Source of the DNA: a virus
Length of the DNA stretch: 24,508 bases
UHGV virus genome: UHGV-0135138
Reading direction: 5' to 3' (one strand)
Part shown: piece after piece, positions 1 through 8,716 of the stretch
How the letters are laid out: each line of letters opens with the position of its first letter
Position numbering within the stretch: the stretch's first letter is position 1
Position numbers and translations under genes: made by a program
Notes under the pieces: generated by a model
What the model was told of the DNA's origin: nothing
Seen by the model: only the letters and a program-made list of their open reading frames with translations
Database searches by the model: none

Positions 1-18
1 TGTGTTTTAGAGGGATCT

Positions 19-651
19 ATGACTGTCGAAAAAGACGAGGTGAAAACTCGCCTGACACCAGCGGAGTGGGCCGAAGCTGAAGCCAAATGGACGTCAGGCG
101 AATATACACTCTCAAAGCTGGAGGAAGAGTACGGCATTCGTCGTGAAACACTCTCCAGACATTTCAAAAAGCGAGGATTAGAGAAAGGCGCGGACTCTGT
201 TGGGAAGATGGTTCGTGAGTCTCTTAAATCTGACGCAGAGCTTCGCGCTAAAGCCCGTGCGGAAAAGATAGAAGAACGTCGTACACGTTATGACGGCTGG
301 GCGTATGCGTTGGGGCAGATGGTGATGGTCGAAGTCACTACGGCCAAGCGTGAGGGTAAGCCTTTAGGGGCGATTGAGGATTCTCTCAAGAGCTTACAGA
401 GAGCAAGTAATACCCTTGCAAAATGCTTTGAAGTTTCGTCCAAAGCATTGGGTATGGATCATGCGGAAAATGACGAGGAAGAAATTCCGAACCTGGTATT
501 TGGTGAGCTTACGCCTTCCCAGGTGGCGAAATTACGTCAGGAAGACGACGAGCCTGAAATCATCGATGACGAATTGCTTGAGACGTTGGAAGAAGAAGCT
601 CTAAGCGAATTTGATGCGACAGATGATGGAAGTGAAGGGGAGGACGAATAA
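19..651 (+). CDS. terminase small subunit (putative)
   Basis: 210-aa ORF immediately upstream of the large terminase gene, stop overlapping its start (TAATG). N-terminal basic HTH-like segment (YGIRRETLSRHFKKRGLEKG) and very acidic C-terminal tail (DDEPEIIDDELLETLEEEALSEFDATDDGSEGEDE). AGAGGGA RBS upstream of the ATG. Confidence 0.6.
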   Translation: MTVEKDEVKTRLTPAEWAEAEAKWTSGEYTLSKLEEEYGIRRETLSRHFKKRGLEKGADSVGKMVRESLKSDAELRAKARAEKIEERRTRYDGWAYALGQMVMVEVTTAKREGKPLGAIEDSLKSLQRASNTLAKCFEVSSKALGMDHAENDEEEIPNLVFGELTPSQVAKLRQEDDEPEIIDDELLETLEEEALSEFDATDDGSEGEDE

Positions 652-1907
652 TGGCAATCCCGTCCTCGCTCAGTCTTGTGCAACTGCATTCTGGACAGAT
701 GAAAGTCTTCCAGTCTCCGCATCGATTTAAAGTTGTTTGTGCTGGTCGACGCTGGGGAAAATCCCGGTTGTCGATCTCCACTATTATTCGTGCGGCGGCA
801 AAGGAAAAAAAGCAAAGGGTCTGGTATGTCGCTCCTACTTACCAGATGGCTCGCCAGATTTTGTGGGACGATCTACAGGAAATTCTGCCCCGTAAGTGGG
901 TTAGGAAAAAGAACGACACCACGATGACAATCGTGTTGAAGAACGGTTCGGAGATCGCCCTCAAAGGTGCTGATAAGCCTGACACTCTGCGCGGCGTAGC
1001 GTTGCATTTTGTAGTGCTTGATGAATTTCAGGATATGAAGGCTGACACCTGGTACAAGGTGTTACGACCTACTCTTTCATCGACACGCGGCGGTGCACTG
1101 ATTATTGGTACGCCAAAAGGCTTCTCGGAATTTCACAAACTGTGGACTATAGGCCAGAACGTAGAGCTGCAAAGAAAGGGACAGTGGAAGAGCTGGCAGT
1201 TTGTAACTGCTGATTCTCCGTTTGTGCCTACGGCGGAAATTGAAGCTGCTAAGAACGATATGGACCCTAAATCGTTCGCTCAGGAGTACCTGGCCAGCTT
1301 TGAAAATATGTCCGGGCGCGTTTACTACCCGTTCGATCGAAACGTGCATGTTAAACCGCTTCAGTTCAACCCTCGGTTGCCTATATGGGTAGGACAGGAC
1401 TTTAACATTGACCCGATGTCTTCCGTAATTTTGCAACCTCAGCCAAATGGTGAGCTATGGGCAATTGATGAATTGGTGCTCTTTTCTTCTAACACGGCAG
1501 AAGTTTGTGATGAGCTTGAGAGGCGCTTCTGGCGCTGGAAATCACAGGTAACGGTATTTCCAGATCCGGCAGGTGCTTATCGCCAACATGCTCGCGGGGA
1601 GTCTGACGTAGACATATTCAAAGAGAAGGGATTCTTACGTGTCGATTATTCGAAAAAGCACCCGCCAATTGCGGATCGTGTTAATGCTGTTAACCGAATG
1701 CTGATGACCGCATCTGGAGATATCCGGCTGTATATCGATCCGAAGTGCAAGCATTTGATTGATTCACTGGAAAAGGTCATCTACAAGCCTGGAACACGAG
1801 ATATGGATAAGACAGGTGGCATTGAGCATAGTGCAGACGCATTGGGCTATCCAGTACATCGTAGGTATCCAGTCAAAAACCGTGTTATTCTTGGTGGTTC
1901 TCGATAG
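651..1907 (+). CDS. terminase large subunit
   Basis: 418-aa ORF with Walker A-like motif (VVCAGRRWGKSRLS) near the N-terminus, Walker B-like hydrophobic stretch ending in acidic residues (HFVVLDEFQDM), and a C-terminal half with conserved acidic residues consistent with the nuclease domain. Sits between the small terminase and portal candidates. Confidence 0.85.
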   Translation: MAIPSSLSLVQLHSGQMKVFQSPHRFKVVCAGRRWGKSRLSISTIIRAAAKEKKQRVWYVAPTYQMARQILWDDLQEILPRKWVRKKNDTTMTIVLKNGSEIALKGADKPDTLRGVALHFVVLDEFQDMKADTWYKVLRPTLSSTRGGALIIGTPKGFSEFHKLWTIGQNVELQRKGQWKSWQFVTADSPFVPTAEIEAAKNDMDPKSFAQEYLASFENMSGRVYYPFDRNVHVKPLQFNPRLPIWVGQDFNIDPMSSVILQPQPNGELWAIDELVLFSSNTAEVCDELERRFWRWKSQVTVFPDPAGAYRQHARGESDVDIFKEKGFLRVDYSKKHPPIADRVNAVNRMLMTASGDIRLYIDPKCKHLIDSLEKVIYKPGTRDMDKTGGIEHSADALGYPVHRRYPVKNRVILGGSR

Positions 1908-1922
1908 GTAAGTAATTATCTA
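1905..1922 (+). promoter_or_regulatory. gene-junction element TAGGTAAGTAATTATCTA (TAAGTAA family); includes the terminase stop codon
   Basis: 18-mer that is 17/18 identical to 5334-5351. TAG/TAA/TAA fall in all three frames. Lies 12 nt upstream of the portal start. Confidence 0.35.
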
Positions 1923-1933
1923 GGGTTATTCAA

Positions 1934-3508
1934 ATGGAATTGAACGACAAACAAATTAAGGATCTGGTGGCGCGACGCCACCCGGAATACGAAAAGAAAA
2001 AAGAACATTGGGACTTCCTCGCCAGCACTTACGCTGGCGGGCGTGGTTGGTTTACAGACAATATCTTTCGTTACTTTAAAGAGGGAGATCAGGAGTTTAA
2101 GGAGAGAGTTGAGCGTGCTTATCGCTTCAACCACACTCGTGAGGTGGTAAACCTCATCAACAAATATCTCTTTAAAGAAGACATTCATAGAAATATCGAA
2201 GAGGCACCAGAGCAGATCCGCAATTTCTGGAAACGTGCGACTCGCCAGAATGCCTCTATTGACTCATTTATGGCCGCTATTGATTTGCAGTCGTCTATTT
2301 ACGGTCGCATATGGGTTGTTGTCGATAGCACGATGAGTGGTGATGTTGAGTCAGTAGCTGACGAGAAAAAGAAAGATGCTCGCGCCTACGCCTACTGGAT
2401 TTCACCTCAGCAAATGCTGGATGTGGCATGGGACGACGACGGGAATATGTTGTGGGCGTTAATTGTGGAAGTCGCTCGTGATGACGCAGATCCTTTTACT
2501 TCTACAGGTCAGGAATACCAACGTTATCGTCTGTGGACACAAAATACGTGGTATCTGTTCCGTGAGGAAGTGAAGAAGGGCGCTGGTGGAGCAGGTCGTC
2601 GTCAGGCAAAAGTTATTTTAGAGGATAGCGGTGCGCATAATCTCGGCGTAGTTCCGGTGTTTCCTGTTGATTGTATTGGAGAAAGTGAATCACCGTATTT
2701 CAGCCCATCGTTGATCGATGATATCGCTTATCTTGATCGTGCGGTTGCAAACTATCTGTCAAACCTTGATGCCATTATTCAGGATCAGACATTTAGCCAG
2801 TTGGCTATACCGGTACAGTCGCTTTTACCTGGTGATGAAAACCACACTAAAGTGCTTGAAATGGGCACAAAGCGAGTCTTCACCTACGATTCTGAAGGTG
2901 GAAACCAGCCGTTTTATCTGTCACCAGACCCGAAACAAGCTCAGATGATCATCACTACGATTAAGACGGTGATTAACGAAATCTACCATTCAGTTGGTGT
3001 AGCTGGTGAGCGAACGAAGCAGGACAACGCACAGGGAATAGATAATTCATCTGGTGCCGCAAAAATGTATGACTTCCAGCGTGTAAATAGCTTACTCGTC
3101 ACAAAAGCAGAACGTCTGGAAAGGGCTGAGCGTCAAATCATGCAACTGGTTGCGAAATGGATGGGGGTAGATCTGGACGAAGATCACTCATTAATTGCGT
3201 ATCCAGAAAGTTTCGATATTCGTGGCCTTACTGATGAATTTTCTGTTGCCGAGAAACTGTCGTTACTTCAGGCACCGGACTCTGTACGTCGTCACCAGAT
3301 GGAAATGCTGATTGAGAAGATTTTCCCGAACATCACTGAGGCGATGAAGAAGGAATTTGATAAAGATCTCTTGAATTTTCCGCCAAAAAATGATCTAAAT
3401 ACCCTTGAAAATAAGTCAGCACTTACTTATGATCAAGGCGCAGCCCAAGAAAGCGGGCAAGATCAACCCCGAGGGAATGGGGACTCATCTACTCAAGAGA
3501 ACGAGTGA
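1934..3508 (+). CDS. portal protein (putative)
   Basis: 524-aa ORF immediately downstream of the large terminase, the canonical portal position. Size and acidic C-terminal tail fit portal proteins. No motif-level confirmation is possible without a search. Confidence 0.65.
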   Translation: MELNDKQIKDLVARRHPEYEKKKEHWDFLASTYAGGRGWFTDNIFRYFKEGDQEFKERVERAYRFNHTREVVNLINKYLFKEDIHRNIEEAPEQIRNFWKRATRQNASIDSFMAAIDLQSSIYGRIWVVVDSTMSGDVESVADEKKKDARAYAYWISPQQMLDVAWDDDGNMLWALIVEVARDDADPFTSTGQEYQRYRLWTQNTWYLFREEVKKGAGGAGRRQAKVILEDSGAHNLGVVPVFPVDCIGESESPYFSPSLIDDIAYLDRAVANYLSNLDAIIQDQTFSQLAIPVQSLLPGDENHTKVLEMGTKRVFTYDSEGGNQPFYLSPDPKQAQMIITTIKTVINEIYHSVGVAGERTKQDNAQGIDNSSGAAKMYDFQRVNSLLVTKAERLERAERQIMQLVAKWMGVDLDEDHSLIAYPESFDIRGLTDEFSVAEKLSLLQAPDSVRRHQMEMLIEKIFPNITEAMKKEFDKDLLNFPPKNDLNTLENKSALTYDQGAAQESGQDQPRGNGDSSTQENE

Positions 3509-3529
3509 TAAGTAACAAAGGGAATTTTT

Positions 3530-4417
3530 ATGAAACTGTGGCAAATGCTTTTGGCCCGTCGTGGTCTGATGGATGTTGCTGAAGCGCATGAGCGTGGAGG
3601 CGCTGGCGGTGTAGCTGCTGATAATGAGCAGAGTACACAAGATCCTGACAAACAGGGTGAACAAAAAGAGCAGCCGAAGGGTGATGACGAATACGCTGGC
3701 ATGACTCATGAAGAGTTACTGGCCGAACTTCGTAAAACCAAGAAAGCTGGTGCTGAACTGCTGAAAGAGAACATGAAGCGCAAAGAGAAAGAGCGCACAT
3801 TGGCCGATCAGCTTGCTCAGTACGGTGATATCGACCCGACGCGTGCTCGCCAGCTTTTAGAAGCTGAACAGGCCGCAGAAAATGCACGTCGTGAGGCGGA
3901 GCAAGCTGAACTGGAGCGTCGTGGTGAGTTCGATGCTGTAAAAAAACAGATGGTCGAAGCACACCAGGCAGAGCTGGCACAGCGTGACGAACGTTATGTT
4001 GCTCTGGAAAGTGAAAACGCATCACTGAAATCTCAATTAGTCGAGATGACTGTGGGCGCTTCCTTCAGTAACTCTCTCTTCCTACGTGACAAAGTTCTGA
4101 TGACTCCGGCAAAAGCCCGCGTGATCTACGGCTCTCATTTTGAAGTGGGTGAAGACGGTAGCGTAGTGGGTTATGACAAACCGGCAGGTCATAAAGAACG
4201 AGCTGTTCTGGTTGACGGTGAAGGTAAGCCGTTGCCGTTTGAATCCGCGATTGAACGCATTGTGCGGGCAGATCCGGAAGCTGACGCATTGATGCGTAGC
4301 GAAGCCAAGCAGGGTGTAGGCTCACATTCCAAATCGACCTACACAATATCCCGACCGAAGAACAAGTCGACTATGGATAAGTTGGCCTCCGGTCTGGGGA
4401 AAATTGGACTTAAGTAA
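3530..4417 (+). CDS. scaffolding protein (putative)
   Basis: 295-aa ORF between portal and capsid genes. Central region is highly charged and helical/coiled-coil-like (ELLAELRKTKKAGAELLKENMKRKEKERTLADQLAQ...EAEQAAENARREAEQAELERRGE). AAGGGA RBS 7 nt upstream of the ATG. No protease motif recognised. Confidence 0.55.
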   Translation: MKLWQMLLARRGLMDVAEAHERGGAGGVAADNEQSTQDPDKQGEQKEQPKGDDEYAGMTHEELLAELRKTKKAGAELLKENMKRKEKERTLADQLAQYGDIDPTRARQLLEAEQAAENARREAEQAELERRGEFDAVKKQMVEAHQAELAQRDERYVALESENASLKSQLVEMTVGASFSNSLFLRDKVLMTPAKARVIYGSHFEVGEDGSVVGYDKPAGHKERAVLVDGEGKPLPFESAIERIVRADPEADALMRSEAKQGVGSHSKSTYTISRPKNKSTMDKLASGLGKIGLK

Positions 4418-4442
4418 CATCTAAATCAAAGGGAATTGGTAG

Positions 4443-5324
4443 ATGCCATTACTGCGTGAAGAAGCTGAAAAGCTGTCTAACAACGAACTCGAACAGGGTG
4501 TGATCGAAACTATCATCGATCGCGATGACCTGTTTGCCATCCTGCCGTTCATGAAGATTAACTCTAAGGCGTATCTGTACAATCGCGAGGCTACCCTGAG
4601 TGAAGCAGAGTTTATTGACGTGAACGATACCATCACGGAAGGCGCAGCAACCTTCACAGAACATGTAGCGAAGCTGCGTATTCTGGCTGGTGACGTAGAC
4701 GTTGATAAATTCCTGGCAACCACGATGGCCGACACTAACAACCAGTTGGCCATTCAGGTTCGTCAGAAAGTTAAAGGTCTGGCTCGTGCATTCCGCCGTA
4801 ATCTGATTTTGGGGGATTCCAGCACCAATGCTAAGGCTTTTGATGGTATTCCACGTCTGATGCATAACGACCAGAAGATCGATATCGCTAAAGCCTCTAT
4901 GACTTTCTCTATGTTTGATGAGTTGGTGGATGCAGTGAAAGATCTGGGCGCGGACTGCATTATGATGCGTTCAGAACATCTTCGTGCTTACCGTGCGCTG
5001 CTGCGTACCGTCAACATCGGACCGTCAGAAATTATGATAGAGAATTTTGGGCGTCCTATGCTGTGTCACAACGGAATTCCGTTTATTGTTAATGACTTTA
5101 TTCCGTTGACAACCGAAAAGGATGCAGCGGATATTTACTGTTTGCATTTATCGGAAGAGAACGGTTTGACTGGCCTGTATGGCGGCGACAATGCTGGTAT
5201 TGTCGTTGAAAACATTGGTACGGTTCAGAATAAAGATGCAACCCGTACTCGTGTAAAATGGTACTGCTCTCTAGCGAATAAGCACGATAAGGCTATCGCT
5301 GCACTGACTAATGTAAAAATTTAA
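4443..5324 (+). CDS. major capsid protein (putative)
   Basis: 293-aa ORF directly after the scaffold candidate, with the same CAAAGGGAATT RBS context (4427-4437 and 3516-3526), followed by a strong intrinsic terminator. Position and size fit a major capsid protein. Confidence 0.6.
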   Translation: MPLLREEAEKLSNNELEQGVIETIIDRDDLFAILPFMKINSKAYLYNREATLSEAEFIDVNDTITEGAATFTEHVAKLRILAGDVDVDKFLATTMADTNNQLAIQVRQKVKGLARAFRRNLILGDSSTNAKAFDGIPRLMHNDQKIDIAKASMTFSMFDELVDAVKDLGADCIMMRSEHLRAYRALLRTVNIGPSEIMIENFGRPMLCHNGIPFIVNDFIPLTTEKDAADIYCLHLSEENGLTGLYGGDNAGIVVENIGTVQNKDATRTRVKWYCSLANKHDKAIAALTNVKI

Positions 5325-5333
5325 TCAATGTGG

Positions 5334-5351
5334 TAGGTAAGTAATTACCTA
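5334..5351 (+). promoter_or_regulatory. gene-junction element TAGGTAAGTAATTACCTA (imperfect inverted repeat TAGGTAA-n4-TTACCTA)
   Basis: 17/18 identical to 1905-1922. Lies 10 nt after the capsid stop and just upstream of the terminator hairpin. Confidence 0.35.
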
Positions 5352-5355
5352 TGTT

Positions 5356-5384
5356 AAAGGGTGGGCTATACGCCCACCCTTTTT
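5356..5384 (+). terminator. intrinsic (rho-independent) terminator after the capsid gene
   Basis: AAAGGGTGGGC-TATAC-GCCCACCCTTTTT: GC-rich stem of 8 bp (extendable to 11 with flanking A/T) followed by a T5 run. Confidence 0.8.
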
Positions 5385-5397
5385 GTAGGAATGAGAA

Positions 5398-6057
5398 ATG
5401 CCAGAACAAAAGATGATGATTACCGAAGAGGCCTTTTCGGATTTCACGGGGCATATGTGCCGTGTCGGATTTACCAATTCTATCTCCGATGAACCTTTAA
5501 CCGAGCGACAACAAAGTCAGCTATCAGCTTGTTTGCAGGCGACTTCCTTCACCCAATCCGTAAACATAACCCCTGCTTCAGCGTCAGTTTTGGTGGGGAA
5601 AAGCGTTCAACTAAGTGCAGGTATCAGTATGGGTAAGAGTGCCGGTTTATTCACCTGGAATTCAGCCAATGATCAAACTGCAACCGTTAACAGCAATGGG
5701 TTAGTAACTGGCGTAGCCCCTGGCAAAGTAAAAATTACTGCAACTGATCAGGAAACCCAGCTTTCCGCGTCAGCTGAAGTGACTGTAAATCCGGTAGCTG
5801 TTCAATCTGTAACTATAACGCCAGACTCAACCTCTGTTGAGAAAGGGAAATCAGTCAATCTGAAAGCGAATATCCAGCCGTCAAATGCGACGAATAAAGC
5901 AGTTACCTGGTCTTCCAAAAATGAAGATAAGGCAACGGTAAACCAGAGCGGTAACGTTACTGGTGTTGCTGCTGGTACTGCCACGATTGAGGTAACTACT
6001 CATGATGGTAGCCACAAAGCAACAGCGATCGTAGAGGTTACTGGCGCACAGGAATAA
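5398..6057 (+). CDS. Ig-like (Big_2-type) domain protein, candidate head decoration protein
   Basis: 219 aa. Two tandem ~80-aa segments with the bacterial Ig-like group 2 pattern (ITP.S.SV..GKSV.L.A...P.NATNK.VTWSS.N...ATVN.SG.VTGVA.G.A.I..T). Preceded by an AGGA RBS and located right after the capsid gene. Confidence 0.7.
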   Translation: MPEQKMMITEEAFSDFTGHMCRVGFTNSISDEPLTERQQSQLSACLQATSFTQSVNITPASASVLVGKSVQLSAGISMGKSAGLFTWNSANDQTATVNSNGLVTGVAPGKVKITATDQETQLSASAEVTVNPVAVQSVTITPDSTSVEKGKSVNLKANIQPSNATNKAVTWSSKNEDKATVNQSGNVTGVAAGTATIEVTTHDGSHKATAIVEVTGAQE

Positions 6058-6101
6058 TCAGTATTGGGCGGCGAAAGCTGCCCATGTAGAGAGAAAGCGT
6101 A

Positions 6102-6536
6102 ATGAAACCTGCAAAAATTGTTCTATTAGAACCACAATTTTCCAGTTATTCGGGAATGCTGTGCGGTGTTCAGTTCGAGAATGGTGTGTCCATCGCAGAG
6201 TTGCCTTTTGTCGATCAGCAGAGAATTTGTGCCTCAATGCGAGCTTCAACAGTAGAGGGCAAAAATGTTTCTCCATCTGCCGCATACAGTGATCGTGGTG
6301 AATTGACCGCAGACCTGATTACAGAGCCAGTAGCGCCTGACATTGTACCAATGAAACGTGGGATGCCAGATGGACCGACCAAACAGATCCAGACTTTCAC
6401 ACGAGAAGAGCTGGAGTCAATTGCAGACAATGAAGGCATTGCCGGTCTACGTGTAATTGGGAATCAGATGGGTGTTAAAGCGAAAGGAATTGTCGAGATG
6501 ATTGAAGGTATCCTGAAAGCACAAGGCGGTGAGTAA
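6102..6536 (+). CDS. hypothetical head-associated protein sharing its N-terminal module with the upstream Ig-like protein
   Basis: 144 aa. N-terminal ~45 aa (EPQFSSYSGMLCGVQFENGVSIAELPFVDQQRICASMRA) aligns with the N-terminus of the 5398-6057 product (EEAFSDFTGHMCRVGFTNSISDEPLTERQQSQLSACLQA); the C-terminal part is unrelated. Stop overlaps the next start (TAATG). Confidence 0.6.
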   Translation: MKPAKIVLLEPQFSSYSGMLCGVQFENGVSIAELPFVDQQRICASMRASTVEGKNVSPSAAYSDRGELTADLITEPVAPDIVPMKRGMPDGPTKQIQTFTREELESIADNEGIAGLRVIGNQMGVKAKGIVEMIEGILKAQGGE

Positions 6537-7369
6537 TGGCGCAGATCGACTCGTATCGTAGCGGTGAAGCTGTTTCCCTTTCATTTGCCTTCAACGTGCT
6601 GGATATCGAATCTGCTACCTACACAGTAAAGGACAGCACCGGGGGTATTCTCGTTGATGGCGAACTGCTAGAAATTGCCAGCGGGCAAATGTCGATTCCG
6701 GTTGTTGTTCCGGCTGAATACAACCAGCTTTCTGAGAAAGAACGAGATCTGCGGTACGTCATTGTGAAAGCTGTTGCATCGGGTCTGACGCATGAAGAGC
6801 GGCAAATGTATGTTCTGCTGAATAGTTTTGAATTGTCGATACCGGAACAGTCGTTTGCAACTGTCGCTGATGCTCAAATGCAGGCGATCGATATGCTGAA
6901 TGGGGACACTTTGCTGTCGGATGGTGAAGGCTTAATGCGCAAGCGTCTCATTGAGGCTACCAGACGAATTAAAACTTTACCGTTCTCAATCCGCAAAATT
7001 CTACGTATCGACTTTGACCGATACGATCGCCCTCAAAATATGCTGAATGTGTATGACATTCCGTGGGGGGCAGATGGAGCGTACCGGCATGATTTAGTCG
7101 ATTGGGAAAAGATGACGCAGGAGAAGTTTGAAGAGTTCCCTGACTATTTCAAAGAAGCGTTGATGCTTGCCGTTGTCAACGAAGCGTGTGAGATCGCAAA
7201 TGGCAATGATGTAGCCGCAGCACGAGAGGATGGCATTTTGTCAGAGTCCATCGGTGAAACAACCAACATGTACCGTACCGGTAAAGCTGCAAACGTGCAT
7301 GTGGCTCGCAGTACCTGGCGCTTGCTGGTCAGTTACATCAACAACCGTATGATTGTTCGCCGTGCGTAA
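6536..7369 (+). CDS. hypothetical structural protein (neck / head completion region)
   Basis: 277-aa ORF, translationally coupled to neighbours, in the block between head and tail genes. No recognisable motif. Confidence 0.5.
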   Translation: MAQIDSYRSGEAVSLSFAFNVLDIESATYTVKDSTGGILVDGELLEIASGQMSIPVVVPAEYNQLSEKERDLRYVIVKAVASGLTHEERQMYVLLNSFELSIPEQSFATVADAQMQAIDMLNGDTLLSDGEGLMRKRLIEATRRIKTLPFSIRKILRIDFDRYDRPQNMLNVYDIPWGADGAYRHDLVDWEKMTQEKFEEFPDYFKEALMLAVVNEACEIANGNDVAAAREDGILSESIGETTNMYRTGKAANVHVARSTWRLLVSYINNRMIVRRA

Positions 7370-7448
7370 CGCCAGTCGCATTATTTACTTTTGGTCGAAA
7401 GGGTTTTTGGCCAGTAATGAGAGCGACCGACAACAACAGGGAGAGTGC

Positions 7449-7793
7449 ATGAATATTTCATGGCAAACAGAAATTGCGATCTACCGCTTTGGCGTAAAGA
7501 ACGTTTACGGCGAGGCGCAATTGCAATTCGTCAGGAAGACGAATGTCGGCGTGGTTAAGTTCGAACAGAGTAATGAGAAATCGTCAGTTCGTGCTGATAG
7601 CTCTGGTAGTCGTGGTAAGGCGAGTCTGGAGCTGTTTGATGCTGTGTTAATTGTCCCTTTGGAAGCGGCTGTACAACTTGATGATGTGCTGATCCTTGAA
7701 GGTCAAAAATTAAAGGTGTCCAGTGTTCATCGCCGCTGGGGGCTACGAGGAAGACCAGGGCATCTTGAAGTGGGGGCGAATATATGGGTCTGA
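7449..7793 (+). CDS. hypothetical head-tail joining protein
   Basis: ORF is open from a TTG at 7353, but the ATG at 7449 has a GGGAGAG RBS 3-5 nt upstream and does not overlap the previous gene, giving a ~114-aa product. Position fits a head-tail adaptor or head closure protein. Confidence 0.5.
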   Translation: MNISWQTEIAIYRFGVKNVYGEAQLQFVRKTNVGVVKFEQSNEKSSVRADSSGSRGKASLELFDAVLIVPLEAAVQLDDVLILEGQKLKVSSVHRRWGLRGRPGHLEVGANIWV

Positions 7794-8257
7794 AATACGA
7801 TGCGCATCAGTTCAAACGTGCGGGGAATAGACTCAACAACAGCCAGAAAGCATTTAAGCGATATCTTATTCGGGACATGGAAAAGCTGGCGCGTTTGGTT
7901 GAGCGTCTCAGCCGTGCAATGGATCCGCTGGAAACCGGATCTCTGGAGACAGCTATCTTTGCCAGGGTGATTAAAGAAGGTTATTCAGGGCTGCGCATTG
8001 AGCTTTCTGTGTCTGGAGCAAAACCACGTCAGGGGCATCCGGGCGTAGAAGTAGGTGACTATGCTAAGTACATGGAGCTGGGTAAATATCGACTCGGTTA
8101 TCTTTCTCGAATGAAGAACGTGACAAACCCACCAATTGCCGGTGTTAAACCTCGTGTTGGGCCACACTTTCTGGAAAGAGCGGTGGAAATTAGCGAGAAG
8201 CAGTTCTCAGAAGCGATTCTTGAGGCTGCCAGAAAAGCCGGTTTTACGAGAGGTTAA
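7784..8257 (+). CDS. hypothetical head-tail joining / tail completion protein
   Basis: 157-aa ORF overlapping the previous gene by 10 nt and ending in TAATGTG, which overlaps the next start. Basic protein in the neck-gene position. Confidence 0.55.
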   Translation: MGLKYDAHQFKRAGNRLNNSQKAFKRYLIRDMEKLARLVERLSRAMDPLETGSLETAIFARVIKEGYSGLRIELSVSGAKPRQGHPGVEVGDYAKYMELGKYRLGYLSRMKNVTNPPIAGVKPRVGPHFLERAVEISEKQFSEAILEAARKAGFTRG

Positions 8258-8258
8258 T

Positions 8259-8642
8259 GTGTTTATCGAAGCGTTTGCAAGTTTGATGCAGAAGGCAAAG
8301 ATTGGCACGGTCGGGACTGACATTTTCTGTCACTACTTGCCTGCCAATGTGAAATCTGGCGTCCTGCTTATTAACCCAAATACCGGCATCAGCATCGATC
8401 ATGAGCTACAGGGCTTTTATCACGAATCATTCACAATCATTGTGCGTGGTTCATCAGTAACCACGACGGTTGATAAGGCCAATAAAATCATTGAGATGTT
8501 TCCAGTAGAGGAAACGGAATCTGGTGGTGTTTATTTTCGACTTGTACGACCGATGGCGATGCCAATCATTTATCCCAAAAATGATGGGGCATTAATAGAA
8601 GCAGGCATTCCTGTTGAATTTGCTGGCTATTTATTGAATTAA
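8259..8642 (+). CDS. hypothetical tail terminator / tail completion protein
   Basis: Frame is open from 8136, but a GTG at 8259 immediately follows the upstream stop (coupled start), giving ~127 aa. It is the last gene before the major tail protein gene. Confidence 0.5.
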   Translation: MFIEAFASLMQKAKIGTVGTDIFCHYLPANVKSGVLLINPNTGISIDHELQGFYHESFTIIVRGSSVTTTVDKANKIIEMFPVEETESGGVYFRLVRPMAMPIIYPKNDGALIEAGIPVEFAGYLLN

Positions 8643-8650
8643 GTCAATTG

Positions 8651-8666
8651 GTAAGTATATACTTAC
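8651..8666 (+). promoter_or_regulatory. perfect 16-bp palindrome GTAAGTATATACTTAC (TAAGTA family) upstream of the major tail protein gene
   Basis: Exact reverse-complement symmetry, in a 74-bp AT-rich intergenic region, 8 nt after the upstream stop and 50 nt before the ATG at 8717. Confidence 0.4.
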
Positions 8667-8716
8667 TGTTAGCGCAATAAATGCGTAGAATTAAAGGAAA
8701 AAGGAGTTTTCCATCA

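Noticed and set aside
6380-6536. Possible Rho-N/SAP-like helix-hairpin motif in the C-terminus of the 6102-6536 product (LESIADNEGIAGLRVIGNQMGVKAKGIVEMIEGILKAQ)
   Set aside because: The spacing between the Gly-hydrophobic and I-L motifs does not match the Rho N-terminal domain consensus as I recall it, so the resemblance is too weak without a profile search.
1905-8666. Reading the TAAGTA junction elements as sigma70 promoters, or as anything related to the eukaryotic 5' splice-donor consensus AG/GTAAGT they resemble
   Set aside because: No correctly spaced TTGACA/TATAAT-like hexamers accompany them, and spliceosomal signals have no meaning in a phage. The splice-site resemblance is coincidental to the stacked TAG/TAA stops.
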